Positions 43,620 through 58,384 of a stretch of DNA of 64,000 nt are shown one piece after another. Source of the DNA: the human T2T-CHM13v2.0 reference genome, Homo sapiens; assembly GCF_009914755.1 (NCBI RefSeq), contig NC_060931.1. The stretch is one strand, 5' to 3'. A model generated the notes under the pieces. That model worked only from the letters and a program-made list of their open reading frames with translations, was not told the origin of the DNA and ran no database searches. Made by a program: the position numbers and the translations under genes. The first letter of the stretch is position 1, and each line of letters starts with the position of its first letter.

Positions 43620-45991
43620 TAGCTCACCCTGCCCACTGCAGAGCATGGCAGTGCCCACACCCGGTGGCTCTCGCCCCAGGACAGCTGGCCTTGTGATAGA
43701 TGCCATTCTCAAACCATCTGCTGGTTGGAAGCTGGTGTGCCTGCATTCACACAGCGCACTCAAGTCAAGGTCAGTCTCAACTCTTCACTGTCCTGGACAC
43801 TGTCATTCTCCCAGCATTTGTGAGGGGAAGAGATCCTCTCTGCTTCCTTTGAGTTCCCTTCCCTCTTCCCTAACCCTCACTTCTAGGAGAATGACTTCCC
43901 CATGTTACTGTATGTGCCCACAGTTGCTAGGCAGATGCTCTAACTGAAGTCAGGTTGATTGGAAGCCACTGCTTGAGCCTGCAATGATGGGGCAGGGGTG
44001 GTGAAGGGGCCTGGTAGATCCAGAGTCTCACAGGACTAACTCCACAGCATCCACCACCAGAAGCAGCCCTTCCCAAGTCCCCACTCCCAGATCTCTGCTG
44101 ACCTCTAGAGGGTCCAGCCATCACAGCACAGGCTCTGGCCACCCGCCCCCGCCAATCCCCGTCGTGCCTGATTCCGTACTGGGCAACGCACACTGTCAAG
44201 GCTGTCTTGTTGGACGCAAAAATTAGAGAATGTTGCAGTACTTCATCTTCCAGTCTCAAAAAAAAAAAAAAAAACTTATCATCCGAATCCTCCCAATCTT
44301 CCCAAACTGAACTCTTCATTCACACCACACAACGAAGGTCAGTTTCAAGGTGGTAAAGTGAAGTAAGCATCAATCGGACATTGCTACATTAAAAATAATT
44401 TTTTTGCCTTCCTAAAAGTCATCTAATCTTTCCCTCTCTAGACTACAAAAGGACTTAGTAGCTCACGTGCCATCTGACTTTTTCCGGAGTATGGCAATTA
44501 ACTCAGGAGCTTTTTCGTTCTCCTTTTTTTTCCCTGTATCAGTCCAACCTAACTGGTTTGCCACTAATTACTTTTTCCTACACAGATACGTGTTCATCAT
44601 GTCCTCACCTGTCTCAAGATAATAAGCTTTGAAGACACATCATCCTTTCAACCCAGTCATACAGTTGAGAAGTTCACACAAGAAGTTACCTTCCTTTCTC
44701 TGTGAAGGGACAAATTGCCTCAACTCTCATGCAAGGACCGCCCTCCCCCCAACCTTCGTCTGTCTTGTAGTGAGCCTCTGGGACTCCCATGGGGGAAGGG
44801 GCACCCAGCACAGCCCTCACAGCGTGGTTGGGTCACGATTCATGCTTATTTATTTGCCTGACAACTGCTCAGGAGATGAAGAAAAAAATGGGATAAAAGC
44901 ATATTCTTCAACCTCATTGAGCTGTGGGATGAAATATCTATTTTGGAAATAATGATTCCAGGTAGGAGGGCAGTGAGGAATGGGGCTCATGAGAAGCGAG
45001 TGTTTTATTACACAATTTCTAAAATATGAGCACTTCATGCTCTTTCATTATCGTACATTATTACAGTTCTATAAAAATCATTTCTAGGAAATCAATCCCA
45101 ACGTTTCAAAGCCTTCCAAAAAGAGCTGGGAGGCAGAGTTTAGAAGAAGCCCTGTAAATAGAGAAATTATACTTTCAGCTTTATGTAATAAGATTTACTA
45201 TGGCACTGTCCACACTCAGACCTAGTCAACCCTGCATGAGGAATGCAGTGACTAGGGATTTATAGAGTTCCTCCCTGGCCACAATTTCAAAAGACAGCAA
45301 CATTTTTGACTGACCTGGAAAAAAGTCAGATGGCACGTCAGCTACTAAGTCTTTTTGTAGTCAATACTAGAGAGGGAACGATGAGGTGACTTTTAGGAAG
45401 GCAAAAAAAAAAAAATTAATGTAACAATGTCCAATTTTGAACATTTTCCAGGTGCGAAGACAGAGGCCCAGATAGTGTGAGTGAAATTACTTTTAGTGAA
45501 AGCCAGTGAGGCAGTGATAAATCCGTTTCTATTTACAGTTGTACGATTTCTCCACCTGGTGCATAGTGGGTTTGGGGAGCGTCTCCACTCCACCCTCATC
45601 CATCTCTAGTATTTTCCCCCCCCTTCTTTGGAATCCAGGTTTTCGTTCCAGGAAGTGCATTAACTTGCTGGATAATTTGCTGATCACACTGGTACAGAAA
45701 CCATTGAGAGGCTTTAGACTCCTACTCATAGGGATCAAGACCTGGAGACAAAGGAGTCAAGGGAAGCCCCATGGCCTAACCACAGCCCTAGGAATATCCC
45801 CAATGCCTAAGGAAACCCATTCAATCCATCTAAGCTTCAAAGTGTCACCAAACTGAGGAAAAGCCAGTGGAGTTAGTCCATAAGTCCACTTTGAATGGTG
45901 ATGATGCCTTCATAGCTACAAGCATTTCACGTACCTCTCCTCACTTTATCTTCATAAAACATTCATTGAAAGATTGAAAGGATAGTCCTAG

Positions 45992-46167
45992 CACAGCACT
46001 TCTCAAACTCTAATGTGAACAGGCATCCCCTGTAGATGTGTTAAAATACAAATTCTGACTCAATAGGTCTGAAGGGGTGGTCGGGGGACTGAGGCTTCAT
46101 GGTTCTAAAAAGCCCCCAGGTGATGTCGATTCTGCTGCTCTGAGGACCATACTTGGAATAGCAAAGG
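45992..46167. mobile_element. MER5-family remnant
   Basis: cttctcaaactct...ttaaaatacaaattctgactc...cccaggtgatg...gaggaccatactt. Confidence 0.7.
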
Positions 46168-46391
46168 CTTAGAGCACAATTTGGAAACCACAGTTCTAAG
46201 GATTGAAAAGGCAGTAGCAATGAGTAGCTCACCAGCCTGGGCTCAAGTGGGATGTTAACCAGATGATATTTCCTGCATTACTATTTTATTAACACCTGAC
46301 AGAATTGAAGAGCTATACCGCATGGGGGAAAGATCTCTGGAGAACATTTTCTGATGGAGACCAGGAAAGGAGTGAAACAAGATTTACTCAC

Positions 46392-46442
46392 GAGAGAAGC
46401 GGGCCAGTGGTCTGGCATTCTTGTCTCCAGCTTCATTTGCAA
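46392..46442 (-). CDS. PDE1C: PDE1C coding exon (second exon of the long-N-terminus isoform), 51 nt, phase 1/1, encodes (V)ANEAGDKNARPLARFS(R)
   Basis: Minus strand reads ...tttttttctag|TT GCA AAT GAA GCT GGA GAC AAG AAT GCC AGA CCA CTG GCC CGC TTC TCT C|gtgagt, with a canonical acceptor and donor. The peptide is recognised from memory as the PDE1C long N-terminus. It joins the 6680-6851 exon in frame (C+GG=Arg). Confidence 0.93.
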
Positions 46443-47735
46443 CTAGAAAAAAAAAAGAGGATGCAATTTAAATAAATAAAGCAATGTGTCCACCAAATAT
46501 GCCCCAATACAGCCAATCCCCTGGATGCTTTGACATCGGGCTGTATTTAAGAGTCTTTGTAAGTGAATAAAAGCAACTTTACTCCCTCCGTGTCTGTATT
46601 TCCAAGGCTGCCCTCAACACCTAAATGAAGTCAAATGTCTCAATCATTTTGATTAGAATATTTGGATGAAGCTAGAGAGGATCTCAACAACATCCAGTTT
46701 AGTAGGCCTAAAGAAGTTAATTGGCTTACATCCACTTAGTAAGAGGCACACACACCAGCTTCCAAGCTAGTGGACGTCCTTTGGCCCCAAGAGTCCTCTA
46801 ACAGTGCTGTCTGTCAACATGCAAATGCACCCCAAGCATCGAAATGAATCTGGTTTCCTAGGATCCATAGGGGCAAAGCTGAGGCAGGAATTTCGGAAGA
46901 TAAATAAAAAGCCGGCTTTATGTTCAGAAAGATATTAAATTTAGATGCTAACAAACAGGGAAGTTCATTAATAGAATTGTTCAGAAAACTGCCCTAGAAA
47001 CCTTACCCCTAAAGCTTCTCAGCAGGGCAGGCTACCTCCTACGAAAAGTCTCCATATAACTTATCATTGGATAGAGTCATATTTAATGTCCCTTATAACT
47101 TATGAACCCATTGTATTGGGTAAAAGAGATTGGTTGTTAAGGGGAAACACAGGTTTCACTCATTTTAAATACCATGTTTCATGCCCATAAACATTATACC
47201 TTGGTTGTTGTATGTATACATAGCAGACAGACATGGGTATTTGTGATCTACTTGGATAAATGCCTAAAGCAATCAACAAGAAACACCTGTTCATTCTAGC
47301 TGAGAAAAAAGCATTCAATGCATCAACAGAATAAAGGAGATTGCTAACGTCATCATGAATGTATGAGAAGTTGCAGCAAAAGGACAAAACCAATACAGTA
47401 ACTACTTTCTAAACTTATTATATCGTTTTACAAAGAATGAAAGAAGTCGAAAAATTTATTCCACCCTCTCACAAAGGTAAGTATTTTAAAATTTACTGCA
47501 TTTGAGCAATTTTTTAAAAATTAATGGATTCCATCTCAGTATATTTTGTTTTTCTGGCATTAGCTTTGCCTCACCATCTACACTCTATTACTAATAAGGC
47601 CAATTACTAATTTGGGCAATTTGTCTATTACTAATTTGGGCAATTTTTAAAAATTAATAAATTACATCTTAGTATCTTTTGTTTTTCTGGGTATTAGCTT
47701 TGCTTTATCATCTGCACTCTTACTATATATTACTA

Positions 47736-48120
<385 letters not shown>

Positions 48121-48642
48121 AAAAGAAAGAAATTAAATAATTACTACACTCTGCACCAAATACATTTTAAAAGAAAAGATTTCCATTTCAAAAAAAAGAT
48201 CTAGAAGTTCTAAGAACAATGGCTATTCTTGCTGTCTTCTAAAATGTTTTGTAGAACCACCACATGAATATAAATAATTCACATTCATATTCCTGCCTCC
48301 ACTCAGAGCTACATCCAAAGTATTTCAGAACAATGGTCAACTATCTCAGTAGAAGTCTTTAACCACAACTGCATATCCTCACATCAGGAAAATTTGGATG
48401 TTATCATAGCTAAGTATTAAAAAAATCTTATGAGCACTTGGAAAGCTCTCAAGAGTTGTCTATAACCAAAGTTATCTTATAATAAAAAAAAAAGGGGGGG
48501 TAAGAAAAGAGAGAGGGGAGGGAGGGACGGAGGAAGAACAAATGAGTCCCAGTTAGGTATAGACATGAATTTCCATGGCCTTGAGTTCAACTTATTTCTT
48601 CCATTTAGACACCGCAAATGTCTGAAGAAAGAAATAGAGCTG

Positions 48643-49012
<370 letters not shown>

Positions 49013-50964
49013 TTAAAATGACATTTTAAAATGGGATTACAAAGACCATTGCAATTGCTGAGAACACAGGCAACCACCTAAATGCTCAGCTTGGAGTGTG
49101 CACATTCTCCAAGAGTGTGCACATTCCTCCAAGAATAAAAGAACAGAGACACCAATGTCACTATTTCACACGCAGCAATAGCCACATCTTCACTCAGCCG
49201 GGCCCTCCCTGCCCACCACCCTATCCAAGGATGGGAATTGCTGACCCAGATCCAAGTCACGCTAGGAAAGGCAAGAATCAGGATCCAGACCAGTGGGACA
49301 CCAGGAGAGTTTCCTCTATCCAGAAGGAATTTGAACCTCGCCACCAGCGTGATTTCCCTACAAACATACCCAATGCCACACTCCACTACTAGAGGGTCTC
49401 CCGTGATGCTGTAGCCCCTACAGAACACAATCCAGCTCACCTGCACCAACTTATTCTCCCACCTCATTTCCCAGAGCATACTCCAGCACTCGGTCACATG
49501 CGCTAGATGGACAATCCCACACACGCCCTTCACACACTCTTCCTGCCTGGCTCTGGCTCCTGCTGCCTGCTAGCCTTGGTGTACTCCTCCCTCATCTTCA
49601 CCTGGCCAACTCCTTACTCATCCTTTAAGATCCAGGTGGAGCCATTCACTTCTGAAAAGCCTCCTCGCCTCACACCCCACCTTCTCCATCCCCCAGATCT
49701 TTGCCCATATGCGTAACTCCCCTTCCCACACCTGCCTGTTGTTCTCAAACTTCAGCAGGCATCAGAACCACCGAGCAGGTTTCTTAGAATACAGTTTCTA
49801 ATTTGATGCATCTGGTGTGAGGCCCAAGAATTTACATGTCTGACAAGCTCCCAGGTGATATGGTGGGTGCTGGTCTGGGGATCATAAAAGCTACCCCACC
49901 CAAGGCAAGGATCATCACTTTTTATCATTGTAATTTCCATTCTTTTGTACAGTGACTATGCATTCAGTCAATATTTTTGGAACTCAAGTAGACTGAATGC
50001 CACAAACAGCTTAGTAGACCAGACATCTCAGACTGCCTTCCAGATGACTATAGGAAGCCCCAGGTGTGTTTTGTTTGGTCTCACTATGCTTTCAATTTTT
50101 AAACAATTGTCAGCCCACATTTAAAAACCAAGAGATTTCAAATAGAAATACATATTACTGGCTTCCTTCAAATTACTGGGGCGATTGGAACACAAGGCCC
50201 CCGTCCCACATGACAGCCATGGATCAACACTGAGATGGTCCCTCGGTGGCTCTGCCTCCTGGATATTCAGAATGCAACTCTATGCTGACTATTGTTGGAC
50301 TATACACTCTGCATGGTCTAGAAGGCAGGTGAAAACAGAACCTCTTAAAGGGCTTAAAGACTGAAACTAAAATTCAACAGATGCTAGCACTACAAAAAGT
50401 GCTGTCGCCCGGCTCGTCAAGCCCTTCTGTCCCCAGTGCACAACTGCCCAGATGCGTGTGACAGTCCAACAGCACGCTGCAGGCCTGTTCGGACACACCC
50501 AGGCTTCTCCACTGGCACAGGAGCCCTCAAACACTGCTGCTTGCCTTGCATGTTTAAAAGTATACAGCAAGCTTTCACAATACAGTAGATGTTCCGTTTA
50601 TCAGGTGCAATTAGAGCTTAAATGTGGTGAGATCTTATAAGAATGATTATGTAGGTTTATGGAAAGTTATCTATGCCATACTGCTCACAAAACACAGATT
50701 CTAGTTCAGAATGCATAAGGATTCTATTGACGTTCAGTTGCGTGTCTAGGCTACATGTGTATATAGGCACAGAGGGATGAGTAGAAGTGTGGTCACCAGA
50801 TATATTAACAGTTATTTCTCCTGTGTGGTGGCATTTGAGAAAATCTGTAACTTTTGAAATACTTTTCTGCATAAACTCAATAGTTTATGATAATCAGGAA
50901 AAAATGTTTTTATTAGAGGGTATAAAACAATTGGCTATTGCTCTCTTTCAAAATATACATATTA

Positions 50965-51140
50965 TTTTGGATATGTTTGTATATATATGTACATGTGTAT
51001 GTATATGTGTGTATGTAAAAAACTTTTTATACATACACAGGTATAAATGTTTATACTATTTTTATACATACACGGACACATATATACATTTTATACACAA
51101 GTATATATGTAAAAAACATGTATATATATATATAAAATAT
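50965..51140. repeat. TA/TG/CA low-complexity tract
   Basis: gtatatatatgtacatgtgtat...tatatatatata. Confidence 0.8.
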
Positions 51141-51277
51141 GTTTTAGATTCTGATTTAAGGGTAGTCCTGGATCACAGAATTCAAGGCACCTGCCATCTC
51201 TAGTCCAAGAGGGCTCCTTGTAAGACTCAAGAAATGCATCTCTTACCCCTCTCTCCAGGGATCCCACACATTTTAGG

Positions 51278-51450
51278 TCAGTGGTTTCCAGCCCTGGACA
51301 CACATTGGAATCACCTAGGGAATGTTACAAAATATTGATGCCCAGACCACACCCCAGACCAATTACACAGGGCCTCTAGGGGTAGGACTCAAGCATCAGT
51401 GTTTTTTAAGCCCCTGATCCCAGTGAGCAGCCGAAGTTGAGAAGCACTAA
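51278..51450. mobile_element. MER5-family remnant
   Basis: cagtggtttccagccct...cattggaatcacctaggga...ccccagaccaatta...gttgagaagcact. Confidence 0.7.
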
Positions 51451-51877
51451 TAAATGGTGCAACTCCGTACATCTTTACCAAAGGCAGGAGGACATGGCTT
51501 TGATTCCTTCAAAAATAATTACCCCTATTCACTTCTTCTTTTCAGGATGCTGTTGCTTTGTCAAAATCCTGAATCGAGCGAGGTATATCTCTGCTTTAAG
51601 AAAACTTCAACCATTAAGATGCAAACCTAACTATGGAGACCTATTAGTGGGCAACTCTTTGCATTGTAAACGGTTCTTTATAAAAGGATTCACTTCACAT
51701 TGCCTCTATCCTTCAGCATATGTGGATTGAGCACCACCTGGGCGCTGGGCAGTGAACTAGACTCAAGGAGGGTTGCAACAATGGATTCCACCCAACCTGG
51801 ACATACAAGCAAGTAAGGGAGGCAAACTGTGCCTGTCAATCTGGGTTTATCCAAGTGTGATCAGCTAGGGAAGTGAC

Positions 51878-51904
51878 TTGATGATGATGATGATGATGAT
51901 GATG
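51878..51904. repeat. (TGA)n microsatellite
   Basis: tgatgatgatgatgatgatgatgatg. Confidence 0.9.
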
Positions 51905-51979
51905 CAGGTTCCTTGGTCCTGTGGCAGATCCACTGGGTCAGAATCCCTGCAAGTGAGGACAGGACCCTAGGTTGTAAAC

Positions 51980-52302
51980 CAGGGGTCCCCAACCCCTGGG
52001 CCACAGAACCGAGCAGCCCATGGCCTGTTAGGAACCAAGCAGCACAGCAGGAGGTGTGCAGCGGGGACCGAGCATCACCACCTGAGCTCTACTCCCTATC
52101 AGATCAACGGCGGCATTAGATTCTCATAGGAGCATGAACCCTATTTTGAACTGTGCATGTGAGGGATCTAGGCTGCATGTGCCTTATGATCATCTGAGGT
52201 AGAACAGTTTCATCCTGAAACCATTCCCCCCAACACCCGTTTTGTAGAAAAAATGTCTTCCATGAAACCGGTCCCTGGTGCCATAAAGGTTGAGAACCAC
52301 TG
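51980..52302. mobile_element. MER1B hAT-Charlie element
   Basis: TIRs caggggtccccaacc ... ggttgagaaccactg; 8-bp TSD ttgtaaac/ttttaaac. Confidence 0.9.
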
Positions 52303-52440
52303 TTTTAAACAATTGCTCCAGAAGCCACTTGGGTACACTAATGTCTGAGAAGCAGCAATCTAAAGGACATGTTCCCCTGGTGTGTTTGCTGTAGGTTTTC
52401 CCTCCCAAAAATTGGCCAGAAACAAATCTCAGAGTAAGTA

Positions 52441-52454
52441 GTTGCCATGGAGAC
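52441..52454. promoter_or_regulatory. Candidate RFX X-box GTTGCCATGGAGAC (reverse GTCTCCATGGCAAC), with CCAAT at 52454-52458
   Basis: Matches the RFX consensus GTYNCCATGGNAAC; motif only, no binding data. Confidence 0.5.
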
Positions 52455-53114
52455 CAATGGGAGGGAGGCAGGTGAGACAGGAAGATAACTTGGAGCAATG
52501 AGCATCCTAACCCCAGACCACCCAGGGGGCTCTGATGTCACAGCTACGACACAAACAATACAGGCCATCAGAAAGGACAAAGGAGAATAAAGGGGAAGCT
52601 AAGGTGGGCCAACCCGTTGTGGTGGTGGCCTAGAAAGGTGCACACTGCTTTGTAACCAGAACAAGCACCCAAAACACTGCCACCCCTGTTTTGAAAGCCC
52701 TGGCACCTGGGTGAGCATAAACACAGCTGGAGTCCTGGGTGCCAGGGCAAACACACAGTGAGCAGCAGACCCAGAGCAGAGCTTGGCTTCCTGCAAGGAA
52801 ATCTGCCCAGTGCACTGGTTGGCTGCTGCTTTGCCACAGCCCTGGGTCTGGCTCAAGCATCTTATCCAAGTGAACTCTTTTGGGAAGGCTGGTGGCTGGA
52901 ATGCCAGGCAACACAGACTCCCAAAGAAGAGAACATTGGAATGAGGTTCCAGGCACTTTCACTAGTGACTATAGAAGGTGAAGCTTGGAATTACCAGGTG
53001 TTTGACCTCACCTTGTCTTACCTTCAACTTGCAAAGACCCAAGCAATAGCAGAGAAAACAAGAAGGAATGCTGGGGGGAAGGAGACTTGGTGCAAAATCA
53101 TCATTAACTATCCT

Positions 53115-53400
53115 AGCTCAGATATCGTCTTCTAGGTAGGACCTTCCATGACCACCCATTAAGACCACAGGTCCCAACTGCCCCCTTCCTCTAGTCCCCA
53201 TCCCCCTATCCTAGTTTAATCCTCGCTACAGCACTTATCACCTTCTCATATGCTCTATACTTCAGTGGGTTTATTGCCTTTCTCCTTCCATGACAATGTA
53301 AGCTCCACACAAGCATAGATTCTCTGCCAATGAAAAAGCTGCTATCTCCCCAGTGCCCAAGTGCCTGGCATACAATATTTATGGACTGAATTAATGACAA
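53115..53400 (+). mobile_element. L2 3' remnant
   Basis: acaatgtaagctcc...tatctccccagtgcccaagtgcctggcata...tgaattaatga. Confidence 0.65.
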
Positions 53401-56400
53401 GCCTCCTAGCAATCTACCATTCAGAACGTGATGGAGCCAAGGATATTGGAAGGAGACACAAAAAGGAAGGTGCAAGGATATCACATCCCTTGAACACTCT
53501 GAATATCCATTCAGATCTTCAAAAACCAGGCACTGAATAAATCATAGATACCAAATAAATCTGCAAACATCCAGTCATGGTCCCTGCCTTCACATTGAAT
53601 AAGACTGTCCTTGAGTGCAGAAAGACTGGCTAATTTTTTTCAAGGCCACACAGGTTTTTTATGGCCAAACCCTATGTAAACCCAGGAGTATCTAGTGCCA
53701 AAGTCCATGCCTCTTCCACCTTTGTCTCTTTGCCTTCCAAGGAGGGGAGACCGGTAGGAACCATGCTCCAGAGAGGGCTGCACCGAGAGAAGAGCCAGGC
53801 TGCAGCCTTTATGCCTCTAGCCCCAGTGGGAGGAGGGTACCAGCCTGCAGGCAATGGGGGCGGTCACCCGCCTGGCCCCTGGTACTAGGCATAAGGCCAG
53901 GAGACTGTCAGGAGAGAGAGGCTCTTTGTTGAGGTGGGCAAAGAGGCCAGAACTCACAGCAATAGGATCCAGTAGAGGGAGAAGCTACTGACAAAGGGAG
54001 GAGCTTCATTGCCACATTCATTCAAGAGCCCCAAGGTGTCTCCCTAACCCTATTAAGCCTCCCATAGGTAGAAAATAGCAACAAGGAAATAGAATCTAGA
54101 ATCAAATGCATCTCAGTATGAACCAGTACAACTCACAAAAACAGCCCCTATGAGGCAAATCGTATTCTCTTTAACAGGTGAGGAAAGTGACATTCCAAGA
54201 GATTAGGTAGCTTGTCCAAAAACAGACCAAGGCAAAGCAGTAGAGTGAGAAATGTCATCCATTCCTTCCAGCTCTGAGTCCAGCATTCTCAGAGAAGGGA
54301 TGTGCCCCATCTGTTTAATTGTTGCGTGAGGATCAATAGTAAAGCAAAAGGCTTGACTTCCTTTGCCCCCATGTGGTTTGATAAATGTTGATGCTTGACA
54401 AGCCTGGGATCTGTTTCAAGCTTAAAATGTATAAATGCATATCTCTGGCGATGGCTGAATCGTGTGCTGTGTTGAGAAGTCTTCTGATGCCAAGACTGAG
54501 CTTAGCAAGATGTGTTTGTGACACATGACCAAAGCCTGCCATGGTTGGGGTTGGGGGAAAATGAAGGGAGGAGGTAGGATGGGTAAATGGGAAAACCCAG
54601 CCAGGTTAAATGGAACATAAAAGAATGTGGCCATGAAATGGATAATTCACAAAGGTAACTGACTTCATTCAACACATAGAACATATTATCCCAGTTGCTT
54701 AAAATGAGAAATGCTATATAATACAATAACTTCATACACCCAGGAGCCATCCAAACAGACTGGGCATTTCCAGAAGGCTGTCCTCTAAACCAGACTTAGC
54801 CATGCCTTTCACAAGGCTGTGGTCTTGTTAAAATGCACATTAATTGCCTGGGATGAAATAACTTGCAGTGGTAGGTCCAGACATAGAAGATGGGACTACC
54901 TTATTTCAGAGGCAGTGCCCTTCACCTCGTGCTACCCATCACATTTTCAACATCCAAATGTTACTACCACACCACCAGCCTCATTGCCATGAAATCCAGT
55001 CCCTTGTCTCCCCTCCACTTAGCATCAAGTCAGAAGCCTGCTCCTTACGGGAACAGATCTCAGCAATCCAGTTGAAATTTGTGCCCCAGAGCCATAAAAG
55101 GCATCACAACCCCCACTCTGTTCCTTTCCCACTTCTTTATTCAGAAATGCTCAGCATTGCCTCATTATGCCTTCCGGGCCAATTTGGCTGTCAAATCCAC
55201 TCTGAATCAGGCACTTGCACAAAAGAAAATAAAACTAATTTGTAGTTGATGATGCATCAGGGCTGATAATTTGAAAGTGGCAGGGATGGTGCACTTTCCA
55301 GACCCTTCTCTCCTAGAGTAATGGGCAAATCCTTACAGAGGGCAAGGCTCACCTGCCAGAGGGCAGGATGGCTCCCTGGCTCGTGCAGCCCAGGGTATCA
55401 CACAGACAGAGGGAAAATCCAAGAGGCCTTTACCAAGCTGAGAAGACAGCTTGAAAAACACATATCCTGTACTTTTTCTTTTAGTTTGGAAGAATTTGAG
55501 TCATATGTAGAGGCTCAAGCAATCTATTTCTTCCCTGGACCTAATTTCATAAGTTTGCTTATTTATCTACACTCTATCTCATTTCACAATTTGTATTTTA
55601 TGTTTTGCTCTATGCTCCTATCCTTTATGCAACAAAGTGAGATGTTAATGAAAATTGAAATTTACTTATTTCAATCAATTCCTTGCTCCCTTTCCCTGAT
55701 CCCGCTTTCCAAACTTCCAGATTTCAGGTTGACTCTACAGGGCCCTCCATTACACCAAGATCAAACAATCAATTGCCATCTGTTTAGTCTCCCTCCCATC
55801 TGTTGGGCTCCCTCCTCACAGAGCTGTGCTGGATGTGACAATGGATGTAACCTCATCCTCAGGTAGCCAGGAATCCAGCTGAGACCCAAAGGCCTGGCCC
55901 TGAGCTTCCTGGTACATATCATTCAACTTGTTGCCATATGAATTTATCAAGGTGTTTGGTGTTTCTGTGGAAATCATCAGGCCAAGCTACCAGGCCCTGA
56001 CTTCAGGAAACTTGAGATCTCATTGTGGAAACATAATTTTCATGCATGAGATGACCCAAGCTCTGTTGAATGCTAGACAAAGGGTCCTTTGTGGCCTGGA
56101 GTGACTAGTAGTGAGAGGTTTCCTGGAAGACGAGGACAGGTGAGATTAGAGAGGTGGAGAGGATGATGGAGTCTGCCCAGGGAGAGGAAAGGGGTGTGGT
56201 GCATTCTAGGACCTGGGAGCAGACTGAGATGCATCAATTATTCATAAATATTTCCCTTTCATAGCAAGAAAAGTTTTTTTATTGGAGGAGGGGAGTAGTA
56301 AAACGCCATGAAAGGCTAGCACTCAGATCTTTCTATCTGCCTTCTTCCCTACTTCCATATACAAATATGTTGCATCTGCAGATAGGGATGTGACTTTATC

Positions 56401-56713
56401 TAAGAGCAGATGTGTCTGAACATGCTCTAAATTCAGGTGCTGGGACACCAGTCCAGTGCCAGCAATCGCTCCAAAGCACTGCCGCCTGACTTGGATGTGA
56501 ATTCTTCCTTGTGGTGATGTCCTGGGTGGCCCAGTCCAGCCCTCCTGGTTGATACCCTGGTGGTCACCATAAGCATCAGGCTGCAGGACTGCTGGCTCGC
56601 ATGGGGCCCCCTGCAATCCTGGCCTCACTATAACAACCCAGCTGAGCAAACCAGGCAAAGCCAATCACTAGCAGTTAACATGAATCAAAAGTGTTGAGAC
56701 AGAAATACAATAT

Positions 56714-57077
56714 TGATATGGTTTGGCTGTGTCCCTACCCAAATCTCATCTTGAGTTGCAGCTTCCATAATTCCTATGTGTTGTGGGAGGGACCCAGTGG
56801 GAGATAATTGAATCATGGGGACAGTTTTCCCCATACTGTTCTCATGGTAGTGAATAAGTCTCACGAGATCTGATGATTTTACAAGGGGTTTCCCCTTTCA
56901 CTTGGCTCTCATTCTCTCTTATCTGCCACCATGTGAGTCATGTCTTTTGCCTTCCACCATGATTGTAGCCTCCCCAGCCACATGGAACTGTGAGTCCCTT
57001 AAACCTCTTTTTTTTTTTAAATAAATTACCCAGTCTTGGGTATGTCTTTATCAGCAGTGTGAAAACAGACTAATACA
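56714..57077 (+). mobile_element. THE1 (B/C-like) solo LTR
   Basis: tgatatggtttggctgtgtcc...gaaaacagactaataca; TSD aatat/aacat. Confidence 0.93.
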
Positions 57078-57164
57078 AACATCAAGCTGGTTGCTCAAGC
57101 TGTCAACTAATTACAGTCCACCCTGGACAAGGCAAAGAAAAGTATACAGAAGAGGTGGAGGGAC

Positions 57165-57395
57165 ACTCAAATTTATTAAGCCCCTTCCTCATGCCAGGCA
57201 CCAGTAGGAACTTTATGCCCATAATTTTTATTCAATTTTCACACTGTTCCAGGAGGTAAGTAGTAGTATTCCCTTTTTCAGATGAGGAAGGTGAAATTTA
57301 GGAAAAGTTAAGTCACTTTCCCAAATCAACACTGAGAAGTGGGAAAGCTGGGATTGAAACCCAGTCTGTGAGCCCCTTTCTTCTCTTTTCTCTAC
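57165..57395 (-). mobile_element. MIR
   Basis: tttcagatgaggaaggtgaa...gttaagtcacttt...gctgggattgaaacccagtctg. Confidence 0.7.
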
Positions 57396-57436
57396 AGCTC
57401 ACACCATCAGAAAGCACATTAAGAACCCTCTGGTCC

Positions 57437-57924
<488 letters not shown>

Positions 57925-58384
57925 TCATGCTGCCCCTCACAGAATAGGCCTGGCTCCCTTTCCTCCTGAGGGCCCTTCCAACATTTGAGGACAACTGTCA
58001 TGAACTCAGACCCTTGAGCCTTCTCTTCTCCAAACTGACAAGCCCAGATCCCTCCTCCTGTGACAAAAATGCCCCAAGGCCTTTACCCACAAAAGCAAAG
58101 TTACTTAAGTCATTGCCGAAAGAAGAGAATATTTGTATTTTAAATAAGCCTCAGCAACACATTCTTCAACCCCACTCATTCCCACAGTGATCTTCAGGCT
58201 GAGTCAAATTTCCATCTCCCTCCATCAAGCCCCTTTCTTGTTTGATTCTTGGGAGAAGTGGAAGGCACCTAGGAGCCATTTTCAGCATCATACGCCCCAC
58301 AGCCATCCAAACAGGCTGGGAGTTTCCAGGAGGCTGTCATCTAAATCAGCTCATCTCAGACATGGCCATGCCTTTGACAAGCCC

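Noticed and set aside
55321-55866. 181-aa plus-strand ORF
   Set aside because: No recognisable domain, composition typical of translated non-coding DNA, antisense to the host gene and no splice or promoter support.
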